DNA from: Mytilus californianus | Lineage: Eukaryota | Direction of reading: 5' to 3' | DNA: 64,000 nucleotides | NCBI RefSeq assembly: GCF_021869535.1 | Contig: NW_026262669.1 | Coordinates: 8,804,001 to 8,868,000, forward strand | Shown: in pieces, positions 35,731 through 49,200 of the stretch | Layout: each line of letters begins with the position of its first letter | Numbering within the stretch: position 1 is the stretch's first letter | Notes under the pieces: generated by a model | Told to the model about the DNA's origin: nothing | Seen by the model: only the letters and a program-made list of their open reading frames with translations | Database searches by the model: none | Position numbers and translations under genes: made by a program

Positions 35731-38244
35731 GAAAGGTTTTATCAAGACAAATAAGACTATGAATGGTAAAAGTAAGGAGATCTGTGCCATCTTTGAGATA
35801 TTTACTGATTTGCTTTATAAGGGCATGATCTGAAGGTACAAATCTTTAGTTGCATTGAAATGGTCTTGCTATGGCAAACAAGAATATACAGTTAATTCAG
35901 AAATGTTTTCATTATTGAGAAAATTGCGACGAGATAGGTGTCAAAATGAAATAAGAAATATATAAATTATGATAGCATTATTTGTATGCAACATTTCCTG
36001 AATAATTAAATTGTACATTTGTGGATTGTTCAACAATCAAAAAAATAAATGCACTGAATAATTTCTCAATTTAAAATTGACCTTGAAAAGTAAGTGTCAA
36101 GGTCAAATGTTTATTCTATGGGACCCAACACATTATCTTGAGGTGCTGCATCCATATGCCAAATATTAAAAGTTTATGTCAAAGGATGAACAGGCTGCCT
36201 TCAAGATACAAAAATGTAGGACTAATAACCTACTTGCCCATTAAATGAGAATCTTCGTCCATTTTCTAATTAAAATGATGAAGTCCTATTGTGGTGAAGA
36301 ACGTACAACAGAAACAAACTGTTTTTTTAACAATAAACATAGTAATGGTTGATATGGCAACCAAATAAAATAGTGGAGAAGGAACTACATTTTTGTTTTA
36401 TTAGGATATATCACTTATATACAATGAAAACTAAAAATAAATGGTATTTTGTAATTTAATTCATTTAATATCATTTCAGTTTACCGAAGCACAGTTTTTC
36501 TCAGGTTTTAAAATTTGAAGATTTTCCGCATTGTTTTTCCTTCGTTTATGCGTAAATTAAAAAAAAAGACAACAATTTTATTTTTAATTGATTGAACATA
36601 TAGGAAGTATAGTCATAAGTGTTGTTTTCTTCCGGTGATAGATTATTAAAAAAACTGATATAAACTGGCCTTTGTACCAGACATTTCATTGAAAATTCGA
36701 CGTTTGATCTTTTACATTGAATTTCATAGAACACCAATTCAAAAAATATAATATATTCCCGGTCAGTATGTTATACCGATTTGGTAAAAAATATTTTTAA
36801 CCAAATTATGATTTTTGTTGTTGAACACTCCTGCCTAGAGCACTATGGCATTGCCTCTTAATGGGTTCTTTCAACCAAATTAATGATCATCAGGGAAGTG
36901 TGCACGAATGAGGATTAATCATCAGCGAAGTGTGAACTCATCATCAGAGAAGGAAGAATGTATCTAACTTAGAATATGAACACATCTTGATCTGATCAAC
37001 TTCTTATAAACAAGTTAAATCAAATGTTTATAAAAAAAATAAAAACAGAAACAAAATATAACACGTAACATTTGGTTCAGACCCATGTTGTGAACGATAA
37101 AACGAGTAAAAACAGATCCTATTTTATATAATGTGTACACGTATATATATATAGATGATTTACATTAAATCTTTATAATTGCTATTATCTGACTATGGAG
37201 TTAACACACCATGTTCTCATCCACTTCTTATTAATAAGTTAAACAGATTTTAATCAAATTATTTTGTTGGTCAGAAAACAAACTTGGTCGTGTATCATAT
37301 TTGTTATCTGATAAAGTTTCTTGCAGCAAGTAAAATGTGACTTTATATATACTAAGAAGTATGTGTTGTCCACTACACCTGTATGATTAACACAATGATT
37401 TAGTGTTGATTCAGTATCAAGAGCATAGGAATTAATAAAACAAGTAAAGAAAATGACCAGTCACATTTGTATTTATATTCTACATCAACAACAAATAAAC
37501 AGCCTGATTTGATGTAAGATGTCAACATTTCCATCAACCTGTTTTGTTGTAAGATATCAGACGTGTCATAATCAAAAATATATTTGTTTTCAAACAAATG
37601 TATAAAATATACGTATCACTTGAGACAAATCCAAATACAAATACAACATAACAAACATTTGTTCTCAAATTGTTTGACATCAGATCTGTTTAAAAATTAA
37701 TATTTAACTTAGAATATAAACACAACTTGATCTCATCAACCTCTTATCAACAAATAAAATCAGATGTTTAAAATAAGATCAGAAAACAAAGATAAAACGA
37801 TCAAAATTAAGATATAATTTGATATAATTCTTAAAAGTATTTTCTATTATTAAAACAAGATGAACTTTATCAGAACTGACTGTCGAATTTTAAATTCGAC
37901 ATATATTGTATGACTATGGAGTTAACACATAATGTTCTCACCAAATTCTTATGAGCAAGTTAAATCATATCTTAATAAAATATTTTTTTGTCATAAAAGA
38001 CACTTGGTCCTTTATCATGTTTATTATCTGATACAGTTTGATTAGACAAGTCAAATGATTATCCAACATAAATAAGTAAAAAATCAATTTATAACATGTA
38101 TCATTTGATTCAGACCCATATTATGAACTGTCAAAACTTCAAACGGAACTGTCATTTGAAAAATTTTTTGTAAGAAATGTATTAAATTCCAATATTGATA
38201 TATATAATCCGACTGAGAAGTTAACACAGCACGCTCTTGTCAAA

Positions 38245-38695
38245 CCCTTTTGATTTTATTGGTTTATCTGATTTAAGTACCTTTAATCATTTATTTGGTA
38301 CAGCATATTTTAGTTTTGAAATTTCAAACATAAGATTGGATTTTGAGGATACTTTATAGATATCATATCTTGAGAAATGTTACCATTCTGGTCAATAATA
38401 TCATTCATATGAATAATACCCTCATTTATCCATTCTCTAAAAACTAAACATAGTCCTTGAAACTTTACCAGTTTGTTTCCCCATAAGATTTGTTTTTCAT
38501 CAGTCTTATCTTCGCTTCGTTTTACCTTTACTTGGTTACCTTCCCATATAGAATATACTTTAGACTTTTAAACTCTTGAAGGTTTGGTTTGAGAAGATAT
38601 TTTACAATTGCTATTTTACCTATCATTGTAAGATTTCTCGTTTTCCAGTAACTTATTATTTTTCACATTTTTGTATTATTTTTCAGCTTATCGAA
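38245..38695 (-). mobile_element. Internally deleted fragment of a related L1/Tx1-like LINE (collinear, not inverted)
   Basis: The reverse strand reads RNLTMIGKIAIVK..WEG..KVKR..QILWGNKLVKFQGLCLVFREWINEGIIHMNDIIDQNGNISQD; it is homologous to 12870-13030 and 14050-14110. Confidence 0.8.
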
Positions 38696-38699
38696 CTCG

Positions 38700-39630
38700 T
38701 ATTCAATCATATTTCAATAAAATATTTTCTGTCAGAAAAGACAGTTGGTCCTTTATCATGTTTGTTATCTGATAAAGTTTGATGAGACAAGTAAAATGAG
38801 ACTTGCATAGACAAATGCATAGAGTATTTGTAGACCTTGATTTCTTTTGTGGAGGCAAATCATAATACAAATATTTTTATCAGAGAACAGATTTGGTCCT
38901 TTATCATGTTTATTATCTGATAAAGTATGATGAAACAAGTAAAATAAGACTTGCATAGACAAATGCATAGAATATTTGTAGACCTTGATTGCTTTCGAGC
39001 AGACAAATTTTAATACAAATATAATATAACAAGTATTTGGTTTTATTTAAAACATTTTTAAACAGAGGATTTGTTTAAATAATAGTATCTGACTTAAGAT
39101 ATAAACACAACTTGTTCTTGTCAACTTCTTATCAACAATATCAATGAGATGAATGTTCAGCTTATAGAAATCGTATTCAGACAAGTTCAATCATATTTCA
39201 ATAAAATATTTTTTGACAGAAAACAAAGTTGGTCCTCTATGATGTTTATTATCTGTCATAGTTTGATGATACAAGTAAAATGAGACTTGCATAGACAAAT
39301 CCATGGAATATTAGTATACCTTGATTTCCTTCGAAGAGACAAATCCTAATACAAATATTTTTATCAGAGAACAAAATTGTTCCTTGATGATGTTTATTAT
39401 CTGATAAAGTTTGATGAGACAAGTAAATTAAGACTTGCATAGACAAATGCATAGAATATGTGTAGAACTTGATTCCTGTCAAATCCTAATATATATATAT
39501 ATAGTATAACAAGTATTTGGTTTTATGTAAAACATTGTTAAACAGAGGATCTGTTTAAATAATAGTATCTGACTTAAGATATAAACACAACTTGTTCTTG
39601 TCAACTTCTTATTAACAAATTCAATGAGAT
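38700..39630. repeat. Nested tandem duplication: ~490-bp unit x2, each containing a ~120-bp unit x2
   Basis: AATCATATTTCAATAAAATATTTT at ~38704 and ~39190; the block GAC/AACAAGTAAAATGAGACTTGCATAGACAAAT occurs four times. Confidence 0.75.
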
Positions 39631-39724
39631 GTTAACAATCAAAAAGAATGTCAGTAAACCAAAAGTAAACATGTAGTATCTGATTCTGTTCCATGTCTAG
39701 TATATACTAATTTAATAGCAAATA

Positions 39725-40900
39725 CACAACATTTGGAACTATTAAGTCTACCTCAAGTTCAACTAAGTTTGTGGCCTCGATTTGTAAACGAATGAAATTC
39801 TATAACCGTCCAAAGTATGAAAATGGAGTTTTCAACGATTTTTCAAAGAATAAAGTTTCATAACTTTGCAATGTCTTATCAAAAATTTATAAAAAAAGAA
39901 ATTATTTCAATAGATATAGTCACCAAAGTTTCATGGAAACTGCTCAAAGCGTTTTATAGTTATTGTCCGAAAACGGGAAAATCCCACCCTTTTATGAATA
40001 AATTCCTAATGCTCAAAAAAGTGATATCAGAATTTGTTTTTCAAATGAAAAGGAACGTATGTCAATAAACATATATAAAAATTAAACTACAAAATTCCGA
40101 ACTCCAAGGAAAATTCAAAACGGAAAGGCCCTTATCAATTGGCAAAATCAAAACCTCAAACACATCAAACGAACTGAAAAAAAAACTGTCATATTCCTGA
40201 TTTGGTACAGGCATTTTCTTATGTAGAAAATAGTGAATTAAACTTTGTTTTATAGCTAGCTAAACCTATCACTCGTATGATAGTCGCATAACATTTCATT
40301 ATATTGACAAACATGTGTGACCAAAACAAACAGACATAATAGGTGAAAAATGTCAAAAAATCGGGGTACAGCAGTCAACATTGTGTTATAATCTCAATCA
40401 CTATAGAAACAAACAAATATGTAAATAAAGAAAAACAGAATGCCATATAGACAAGGCATATACGCAACATTGAATCACAAGATTACAACAAATGACAACA
40501 GCACAACAACACAATGGCGGGATGTACAAATACCAATCCACGTCTAAAGGAGATTACCAAAAATGGACCAAACAGTCAACGTTAATAATTTACAAAGACA
40601 AATAAACAAACACTATAACACGTAATTAAGATGATAAACAACGTCCGTACCTAGAATCTATATATCAAGACCATCGTGTATTATTTGTGAAGTTGATACG
40701 GAATATTTATCAACAAGGTCTTGGTATCTTCCGATGAACTTTTTTAGAAAAAGGACGAGACAATTCAACAAAGTCTCATGCAAATTGGAGAACGCGTCTT
40801 TGAATTATTGTCTGAAGTGTGGACGACAGACGGACATACGGTCGGACAATGGTATACCATAATACGTTATGTAAAAGGGCGTATACAAATCACAGATAGC
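39725..40900 (+). mobile_element. Degenerate bivalve HINE/DINE-1-like (non-autonomous Helentron-type) element with a nested host repeat (40080-40745)
   Basis: CCAAAGTTTCATG..GTTATTGTCCG core, a short GACGGAC-type tract and an ATACCATAATACG..GGGCGTATA terminus. Paralogs lie at 49600-50215 and 14935-15075. The classification is from recalled family architecture only. Confidence 0.45.
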
Positions 40901-43693
40901 TCACAAAAAATATGAATGAGAATGTGTATGCCAGACATGCAAGAAGGGTTTCAATCTTCCCCAATATGAGTCCTGCAAAAAAAAAAGATCGAACTTGAAT
41001 TACATGTGTATTGTAGTTATGTTTTACATACAATTCAAATTGATCTTATTCAAAATTCTTGAAAACGTCTTTCATCAAAATACGTGTGTATACATTTATG
41101 GTTTAAAATTTCTTTTATTTCAGATGACTGAACAAGATGAAAAAACCCATCAAACTGTATTCAGTTTAGGACCCTCAAAGTGACCAATGATGCATTTCAA
41201 TATCTTTCAAGTTTTTGTATAACTGGATTGATATTTGTTATTTAATAAATTGAGCAGGGTTCATAATTAGGGATGAAACTCCTTGAAGTTGATCGGGATC
41301 CACCATCGGTGGCCAAATAGGCTCCATAATCAGTTGTGCGTGAATTAAGGAGGAATCATCGGTATTGGTGTGTTTAGAAGATTGATTATCAGTGGTGTGT
41401 ATATCATAGGACTCTACTGATAAAGGGTCAGTGAATCAAAATGAGCTTCATCCTGATGGTTTATAAATGTATCAATTAATGATGTATGGATGGATCAGGA
41501 TGCCTCAGCATTTGTGTATGAATTAACGATGATTAGTCATCAGTGAAGTAGAAATTTATTATATTTCATCACCAGTGGAGTTTGAATTTATGAGGATTGA
41601 TAATCAAAAATACATTAATTTATCAGCATGCATCATCAGTTGCGTGGGAATTTAACATGATACATCAGTGGTATTATTTTATTAAGGTTCACCATCAGCA
41701 TGACCAATGGTGTGTTATATATGAGGATTTATTATAAGAGAAGTGTGAATTTACGAGGATTTTTCATCAGTGAAGTGTGCATGTTAATTTCAATTTCTGT
41801 TGTGTGTGAATTAAATTGACTTTACCATAGGAGTATTGTTAATTTCAATTTGATTTTACCCTGAGTAGTGATTGAATGTACGTGGCATTCCTCAGCAGTG
41901 ATGTTTGATGTTATGGGGATTCATACAGTGGTAGTACATTGATAAAGATTCATTAACGGTTGCGTGTATATTTATGAGGATTCTTCATCAGTGAATTGGG
42001 AATTTATCAGAAGTCAGTGTCAGCGTAAACGTTTTTTCAGAATTGTCAGTTAAAAAAAAAAAAGAAATATAAATAAAAGTGATATCAATAAATTCAGAAG
42101 GACGACATGAAAAAAATATATATAATTCTAAAATGTCTTTGATATTATTAAAATGTAACTGACATAAGATGTGTTGAATTAATACTATGTGCATTAAAAT
42201 GTAACACAACATGTCATCATCAATTTCTTAGTAGCAAGTAAAATCAGATGCTTACAAAATTATGTTTACGTCAGAAAGCTAAATAGGTATCTGATTAAGT
42301 ACAATTAGAAACGTAGAAATAAGATCAAACTTTATATAATTGTTATTCGTATCGGTTGCTCTCTAAACACGCAAATGAAATGTTTATAAACCTAAAGAGG
42401 TCATACTTGGAAAACCAGACAGAAAATCTTGTCCCACAAACATATTTTGTAAAATGTCTTATTGTATTGTTTACTTTTTGTTTGAGGAAAATGTCATGTT
42501 TAATAGTCATCTTGGGTTATTATGGTTGGAAAATTGAGTTTTCGGTTAATTTCCGATATTATTTTCTCATCAAAAACAGTCTACTATAAAAAAAAAAAAA
42601 ATAATACATATTCTAAAAGAAGACGATGAGTACATCATGAAATGATCATAACATCTCAGGTATCTGTGCATATGTAAATTATCGTCTGAAAATAGTAGTT
42701 TGTTTTCAATGTTATTTAGGCCTACTAAACATGATGCTCTTCCATTTGAAGGCCGTTAAAGGTTGTCATGTTTTGATGTAAACATGGTAAAAATGAGCAT
42801 ATGTTGCACAGTTTGATATATATTTAAACATCCTTATATGATTAAACATTGTGTGCTGTTTAGAAACGCATTTCCGCACAAGGAGATTATAGCATGTCTA
42901 CAGGTGATAATGAAATTCTAGAAACTTTGACACATTCTGTACAGAATTATTTATGAACGTAAATCATTCATTATTGAGGGATCCTAAATCATAAAAACAA
43001 TTTGTTGTTGGCTTGTAATGACGACAATAAACTAATGTCCAATGAAAGAAGGAAACAGTTGCTTAAACAGAAGCAAGACAATCTGCTTTCTAATCAAAAC
43101 AAATCTGTTGAAAGTGTTGTTGAAGAATAATATTTATTTCAATGCCTTAATGTCTCGAGTTAATATTTAAGCTGTTATTTCTGTAATCTATAAAATAAGG
43201 AGATGTGGTGTTATTCCCAATAAGAAAACTTACAAGAGACCAAGGGAGCATGTCAGATTATCATAGATGTTATCAATATTCATATATATCGACTGATTAT
43301 GCCATAACTTCTTTATTTATTGGTATCAACATTCAATTCTGGCATTTTTTCACTGGTATTTCTGTTTTATTTAATATGTTTGTATTGGCTTATTAAAAGA
43401 CAATTGTATTCACTACCATTGATAGATACCTTTAAAGCCTGGTTTTCTGGCTTTCTGATTTTGAAGCACTCAATACAATCGAGTCAACGTGTCATTCGTA
43501 TCTTAAAACTTGTAGAATATTAATGAATAAATATTGCTGTTCAGGAAAAATATGAATTTTCAATTATGACTTTTTACTTTTACATTAAATTGGTGGCCAT
43601 GGTAACAAAGAAAAAAAAACATTTTACTTATTTTTACAGTTATATATTCATTTTGTATTCACAAGATATTCGAAATAATATATGAAAGATCAA

Positions 43694-43806
43694 TAGTTAT
43701 CAAAGGTACCATGATTATAATTCAATACGCCAGACGCGCGTTTCGTCTACATAAGACTAATCAGTGACGCTCAGATCAAAACAGTTATCAAGCCAAACAA
43801 GTACAA
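43694..43806. mobile_element. Short insertion of an abundant Mytilus-type interspersed repeat
   Basis: CAAAGGTACC..ATACGCCAGACGCGCGTTTCGTCTAC..CAGTGACGCTC interrupts host GATCAA|ATTAGTTC, which is intact at ~3645 and ~25775. A related end occurs at 1896-2015. Confidence 0.65.
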
Positions 43807-45620
43807 ATTAGTTCAACTCAAAAAAAATTGAAAAAGGAAAAACTTCATAGATTCCCCTATAAAATGAGAACAATTTTTATACATTTTTTAGTGAAAAAAC
43901 AACAACAAATTATTTTTAATAAAAATATTTGAATTGAGACTTTGAATGTTTCACATTTTATAAAACATTCTTTAAATGATACCGGTTTTATATAATTTGA
44001 TGCAAAGAAAATCATGTTTAAGATGGCTTTATGTCAAAAAATGTCAATTTTGCATGTCTAAAAGTGTAGAGTTTTGGCAAGAAAAGGGAAAAGATTATCT
44101 TTTGAGACTTAGTTCAACCTTAAATGTTTTATCCGTGAAACTTCAGAATTTGGTGTATCTATCTAGCCACGTCCAAAAACAGTAAAAATGTTCTATATAT
44201 GTCCTATGATTGAAGAATAGTATACTTGTAAAATATCCTACAATTGGACATCTGTCAAATCGACACAATAATTCCAAAATGCCTTTAATTTTATCATCTC
44301 AAAATTGCGCTGTACTTTTCATTGTTTGTCCAAATTAAACAATCTAAAGTGATATTTTCATGGAATAATATTCTCTCTAACTTAATGCTGACAATTTTTT
44401 TTTATAACTGTTTATGATTATTTCCTTACTATTCCTAATATGAGTCCTGCAAATATAGGATCGAATTTGAAAAACATGTGTATTGTAGTCATGTTTTACA
44501 AAAAAAAAGAAAATTATCTTATTCAAAATTCTTGAAAAGGTCTTTCAGCAAAATACTTTTGTATACATTTATAGCTTTTTTTTCAGATGACTGAACACGA
44601 TGAAAAAAAAAACCGAATAAAACTGTAACCAATTTAGTACTATCAAAGTGACCTATAACATTTCAATAACTATGGATTGTATAACTTGACTTGTATTGTT
44701 ATTTTTAAGGTAAAAAAAAGTAGGAACGATCAAATATCATATTTATCAGTAATCATTCGTTTCCTTAAACAATAGTTTTTTGGAGCAATTAAAATGCCAA
44801 AGTTTGAAACAAGATTTATATTTTATAATTCATAAAATGATGTATATTTGGTGTTAAAAGTTAAAAGTTTTCAAAATGTATATGAAAATGGAACAATTCA
44901 TATTTAAAAACTACTAAAATAAAAAAAAAATAAAAAACAATTTAAGATTATTCCTTAAAAATATATCCAGCCAAAAAAAAATAAAAAAAGACACACTATA
45001 TGTCAATTTAGTGTGTCCTTGGTAGTTTTGTATAGTACGTTCTTTTGTTTGTTCTAAATTCTACTGATCAAATAAACAAATAGGTATAATATTCCGACTT
45101 AAACCAAGTATTTGTCATTTTGTTTGTTGCTCAGTTATCCATCTTAAGAAATAAGGAATGTGATATGTTTGCCAGTGATTCAGCTATCTACCACAGTTTT
45201 CGTTGTGCCATTTTCACATCAGTAACTTTTTAGATTTTAGAGTGAATCAGGGTCATTGTGACATAAGGCAACAATCTGCTGTCTGCTGGACAATGGTCCA
45301 AGTGTTGAAGATAAAAAGTGCTTCTGGTTCCAAAGGTTTAGAAAAACCTGCTATCATGGCAGATAATAAAAATAAGAAGATGTGGTATGATTACAATGAG
45401 AATACTATCCGCCGTTAGAGACGTTAACAACTATATGTCACTGTTCGACCTTCAACAAAGTCAAAGACCCTTACGGCAAAGAATGGTGTTGTGGTGAAAG
45501 TATTTTTTTTTCAATTTGTCGCCATTGAGTACATCATATATGACTATATTGTAAAACAAAATGTGTATACTTATGTATTAATATGGCAATTTTAATTTTT
45601 GCCCTCTGCATAGGTTTGAA

Positions 45621-45781
45621 AAAGAGGGACGAAAGATACCAGAGGGACAGTCAAACTCATAGATTGAAAACAAACTGACAACGTCATGGCCAAAAATAAA
45701 AAGACAAACAGACAAATAATAGTACAGATGACACAACATAGAAAACTAAAGACTAAGCAACACGAACCCCACCAAAAACTG
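45621..45781. mobile_element. Short insertion of an abundant Mytilus-type interspersed repeat
   Basis: AAAGAGGGACGAAAGATACCAGAGGGACAGTCAAACTCAT..GAACCCCACCAAAAACT interrupts host CTGCATAGG(C/T)TTGAA..ACTATCCCACCCA, which is intact at 5180-5220. Confidence 0.65.
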
Positions 45782-46142
45782 CATACACTATCCCACCCAA
45801 GCACTTGAATGAGGTAAAGTCACAGAAATGTTATTGATTTATACCACATGTGAATGTTTTTAAAATAATTTATAAACAAATTAACAAGTCTGTCGAGTTA
45901 AACAAATAGTATGCATATTACATATCTTTGGGAAAATCTGTGTTTCAACATGTGTCCAAATAAGCCTAATTCATAGCAAAACAGTACAACGTTATAATGT
46001 TCCACGATGTGTATCAATCTGTCTAATAATTAGGTAAAAACTGGCTTTTAACTGAACGCAGCGGTGTCAGTGTTCTTAACTAAAGTTGTCCTTGGTCAAA
46101 GGATCTAAAATTTTTATGTCCGTCCCACAATGAACCACAAGC

Positions 46143-46271
46143 GCTCGTATCATAGATGTTTTTGGGGTGAACATATATGGCATTTTGCATTGTGTTTATA
46201 GCGAACAATGTAGAATGCATTATAGTCGACCGGCACATATTCCCTCCCCAAACACATCTATGATACGAGCC
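46143..46271. repeat. ~130-bp imperfect palindrome (perfect 17-bp outer arms)
   Basis: GCTCGTATCATAGATGT (46143-46159) pairs with ACATCTATGATACGAGC (46255-46271). The paralog at 10259-10335 has 33-bp inner arms (29/33) around an 11-nt loop. Confidence 0.85.
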
Positions 46272-49200
46272 CCTGTACATGGACAATATCTATTGTCATA
46301 TATATCAGATTAAGGGGTGGGGATCTACACAAGTTTAAATATGAGTAACGAGATGAAAGGCAGGGGCATGACCCCAAGCGAAAGAAATCAATTGCGTACT
46401 GAAACAGAATTGTCATGGCAATTAAGAATATATACAGTTTAGGGTTGAGTATGTGAATAGTTTTCAAGATCTTTTAAGATTAACAATATAAGATATACAT
46501 GGAGCGAAGCATGTTACTGATGGACAAAACTCTGGTGAACTAGACAGGTGTTATAAAGGCAAAAAAGACTATGAATGGTTAAAGGAGGAAGATCTGTACC
46601 ATGTTTTCAGATATTTAATGAATAACTTTATTAGAGGGCGGGGCATGATCTGAAGGTACAAACTTTTAGTTGCATTGAAATTGTCTTGTCATCACAAGCA
46701 GGAACATACTTTATAAGCATAAATGAGATTATTCGTCCATTTTCTAATTCACTTGACTAAGTACTATCATGGTAGAGATAAATACAACATAAACAAACCG
46801 TTTTTTGAACAATATACATGGTAATTGCATCCAAATGAAAATAGTGGATAAGGGACTACAATTATCGTTAATAGAATCTAGCACTTAACTACAATAGCAA
46901 TTCAAAATAAATGGTATTTTGTAATTGAATTCATGTAATATCATTTCAGTTGGAAAAGCATAGTTTTTCTCATATCTTACTATTTTTACAATTTTTTGGA
47001 TTTTTTTACCTTCTTTTATGCAAAAACTAAAAGAGATATCAAGAATTTAATTTTTAATTTTTGAACACTTTTTGCGTTGTTTGCACTCTGTTTTGTAGGG
47101 AAATGTCATTTAAACACACGAATCATTTTGGGTTATTTTGGTTACAAAATTAATTTTGTTTCTTCAGTCAATTTGACTGCTTATATAGTGAATTACTGTA
47201 TTGTTTTCTCAACAGTCTAAATTAAAAAAAAAGTAATACATGTTCTAAAAGATGACGATGAGTACATCAGGAAACGATAATAACATCTGAGGTATTTGTT
47301 AATATGTAAATTAAATTGTCTGGAAATGGTAGTTTGTTTTCAACTTAATGGTATTTAGATATACTAAAAATGATGTTCTTCAATTTGAAGACCGTTAAAG
47401 TTGTGATGTTTTCATGTAAACATGGTAACAATGAACGTCTGTTGCACATTTGTATACATATTTGAACATCATAATATGATTAAACATTGTGTGCTGTTGG
47501 GAAACGTATTTCCTCACAAGGAGATTGTAGCATGTTTACAGGTGATAATGAAATCCTAGAAACTTTGATAAATTCTGTACAGGATTATTTACAAAAGAAA
47601 ATCATTTATTACTGAGGGATTAATAGTAATACGTGTTTTTGATGATCAAGTGGGAAATCTTACAGTCCGCACAACCGTAAAACAGTACTTGGTTATATCA
47701 TGGACTGCGGACACCAAAGAAAGATGTAAATGCCATAATCCTGGGCATCAGAAAAACTAGAAAGGAGAATCACTTTGAATCGGTTAGAACAGGTACATAT
47801 AGATGTAATTGATAATCGCAGTAAAAAGAGTATCGTTCCTATAAACAAGATATTCTAAAGTTTGAAATTATTTCTGAGATAAGTTAATCCAAATAGGAAT
47901 TATACATTTGCATTTCGGCCTCACTGACCAGGTTAAGTTTCCAATATGATCATGAAAGTTACTGTGCAATGCAGTTATGTTTAGATAGCTAACATAATAT
48001 ACATTGCTGCCTTAGAGATGTGTTTTATGAACATCAAGATTGTTTTATGTATGTTTACTATAGGAAGTTTCTGTTTGAAAACCTGTATTTTTATATCCAT
48101 ACCAGAAACACATTTCTTTTCGCACATTTCCATTAAATGTTATATACAAAATAAGTTGAAAAGGATCTGATTTTTAATTGATGACTTGATAGATAAATGT
48201 CAAAGTTTTCTGGTTCTAAAAAAGGTACAAAATGTACATGTACAGTATAACTCATCATGCTCATATTTTAATGTTGACCACATTGTAGAGAAACATGCGC
48301 CATTTTCATGTCCCTTTGTGTTGCCATTAACATGATTAACAAACAAAAAAGAAATATAGCACCATTTTTACAATCGGGAATCAAATCTAACAATTTCTAG
48401 GCTATACATGAAGATACTGGTGTGATAGTGAAACATGTTAACAGTGCATTACACAAACAAGTACAGTAAGCTAAACTTGTAAAAAAGGGACTTATGGCTT
48501 TTAAGAAAGCACATACATTGTACATTTATTGATATTAAGATTTTTCATCCATTTCTGAGGGGAGGTCTTAGCGGATGGCAATCTTATCAAACCTTTTTCC
48601 TTTTCATCCATTTTAATCCTACTTTAAAAGAAAATGTGAATATCCAAAAGGTAGAAACATTTCATATAAACACTTTGACACAGAAAGCTTAAAATGACAA
48701 TGAATGATGCTTGTAGTTCATTGAATTAGTTATGCCTCTTCGTGACAAATAGTGCTGACGCGGGTCTTAGTCACAATTAATCAACCAATTCATTCACAGT
48801 TTTACATTTAGGCTTGAGGAACGTGTCGCTACAAGACCAAAATATCTTATAAAGACAAGATATAAGTAAAAACAGTTCAGGAGATCATATAATATATACA
48901 TGAATTAAATAAAAATTCATCAGTACATTCAAATTGTAAATCTATAATGTTTCTGTCATGTTCCACAAGATCTTAGGTTTAATAGTGAATGAACATATTT
49001 ATTGGCAGTAAGATGCCAATTTATCATGATATATGTTTTCCATGTATTCCTACGATAAGAACATTTTAGTATTACATTTTAAATGCAATGTTCTAAATTC
49101 AAATTCAAATAAAAAACGTATAACATTTTAAATTCATACTATAAACAGAAGTTTATTAGTTAAGAAACAAAATAAGCTAACATATTTATAGGTTATGGAA

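Larger units (their letters stand above)
41390..46700 (+). repeat. Segmental duplication B, copy 2
   Basis: Collinear with 2020-5990; retains ~720 bp (42880-43600) that is missing from copy 1 at ~3540 but present at 25025-25680. Confidence 0.85.
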
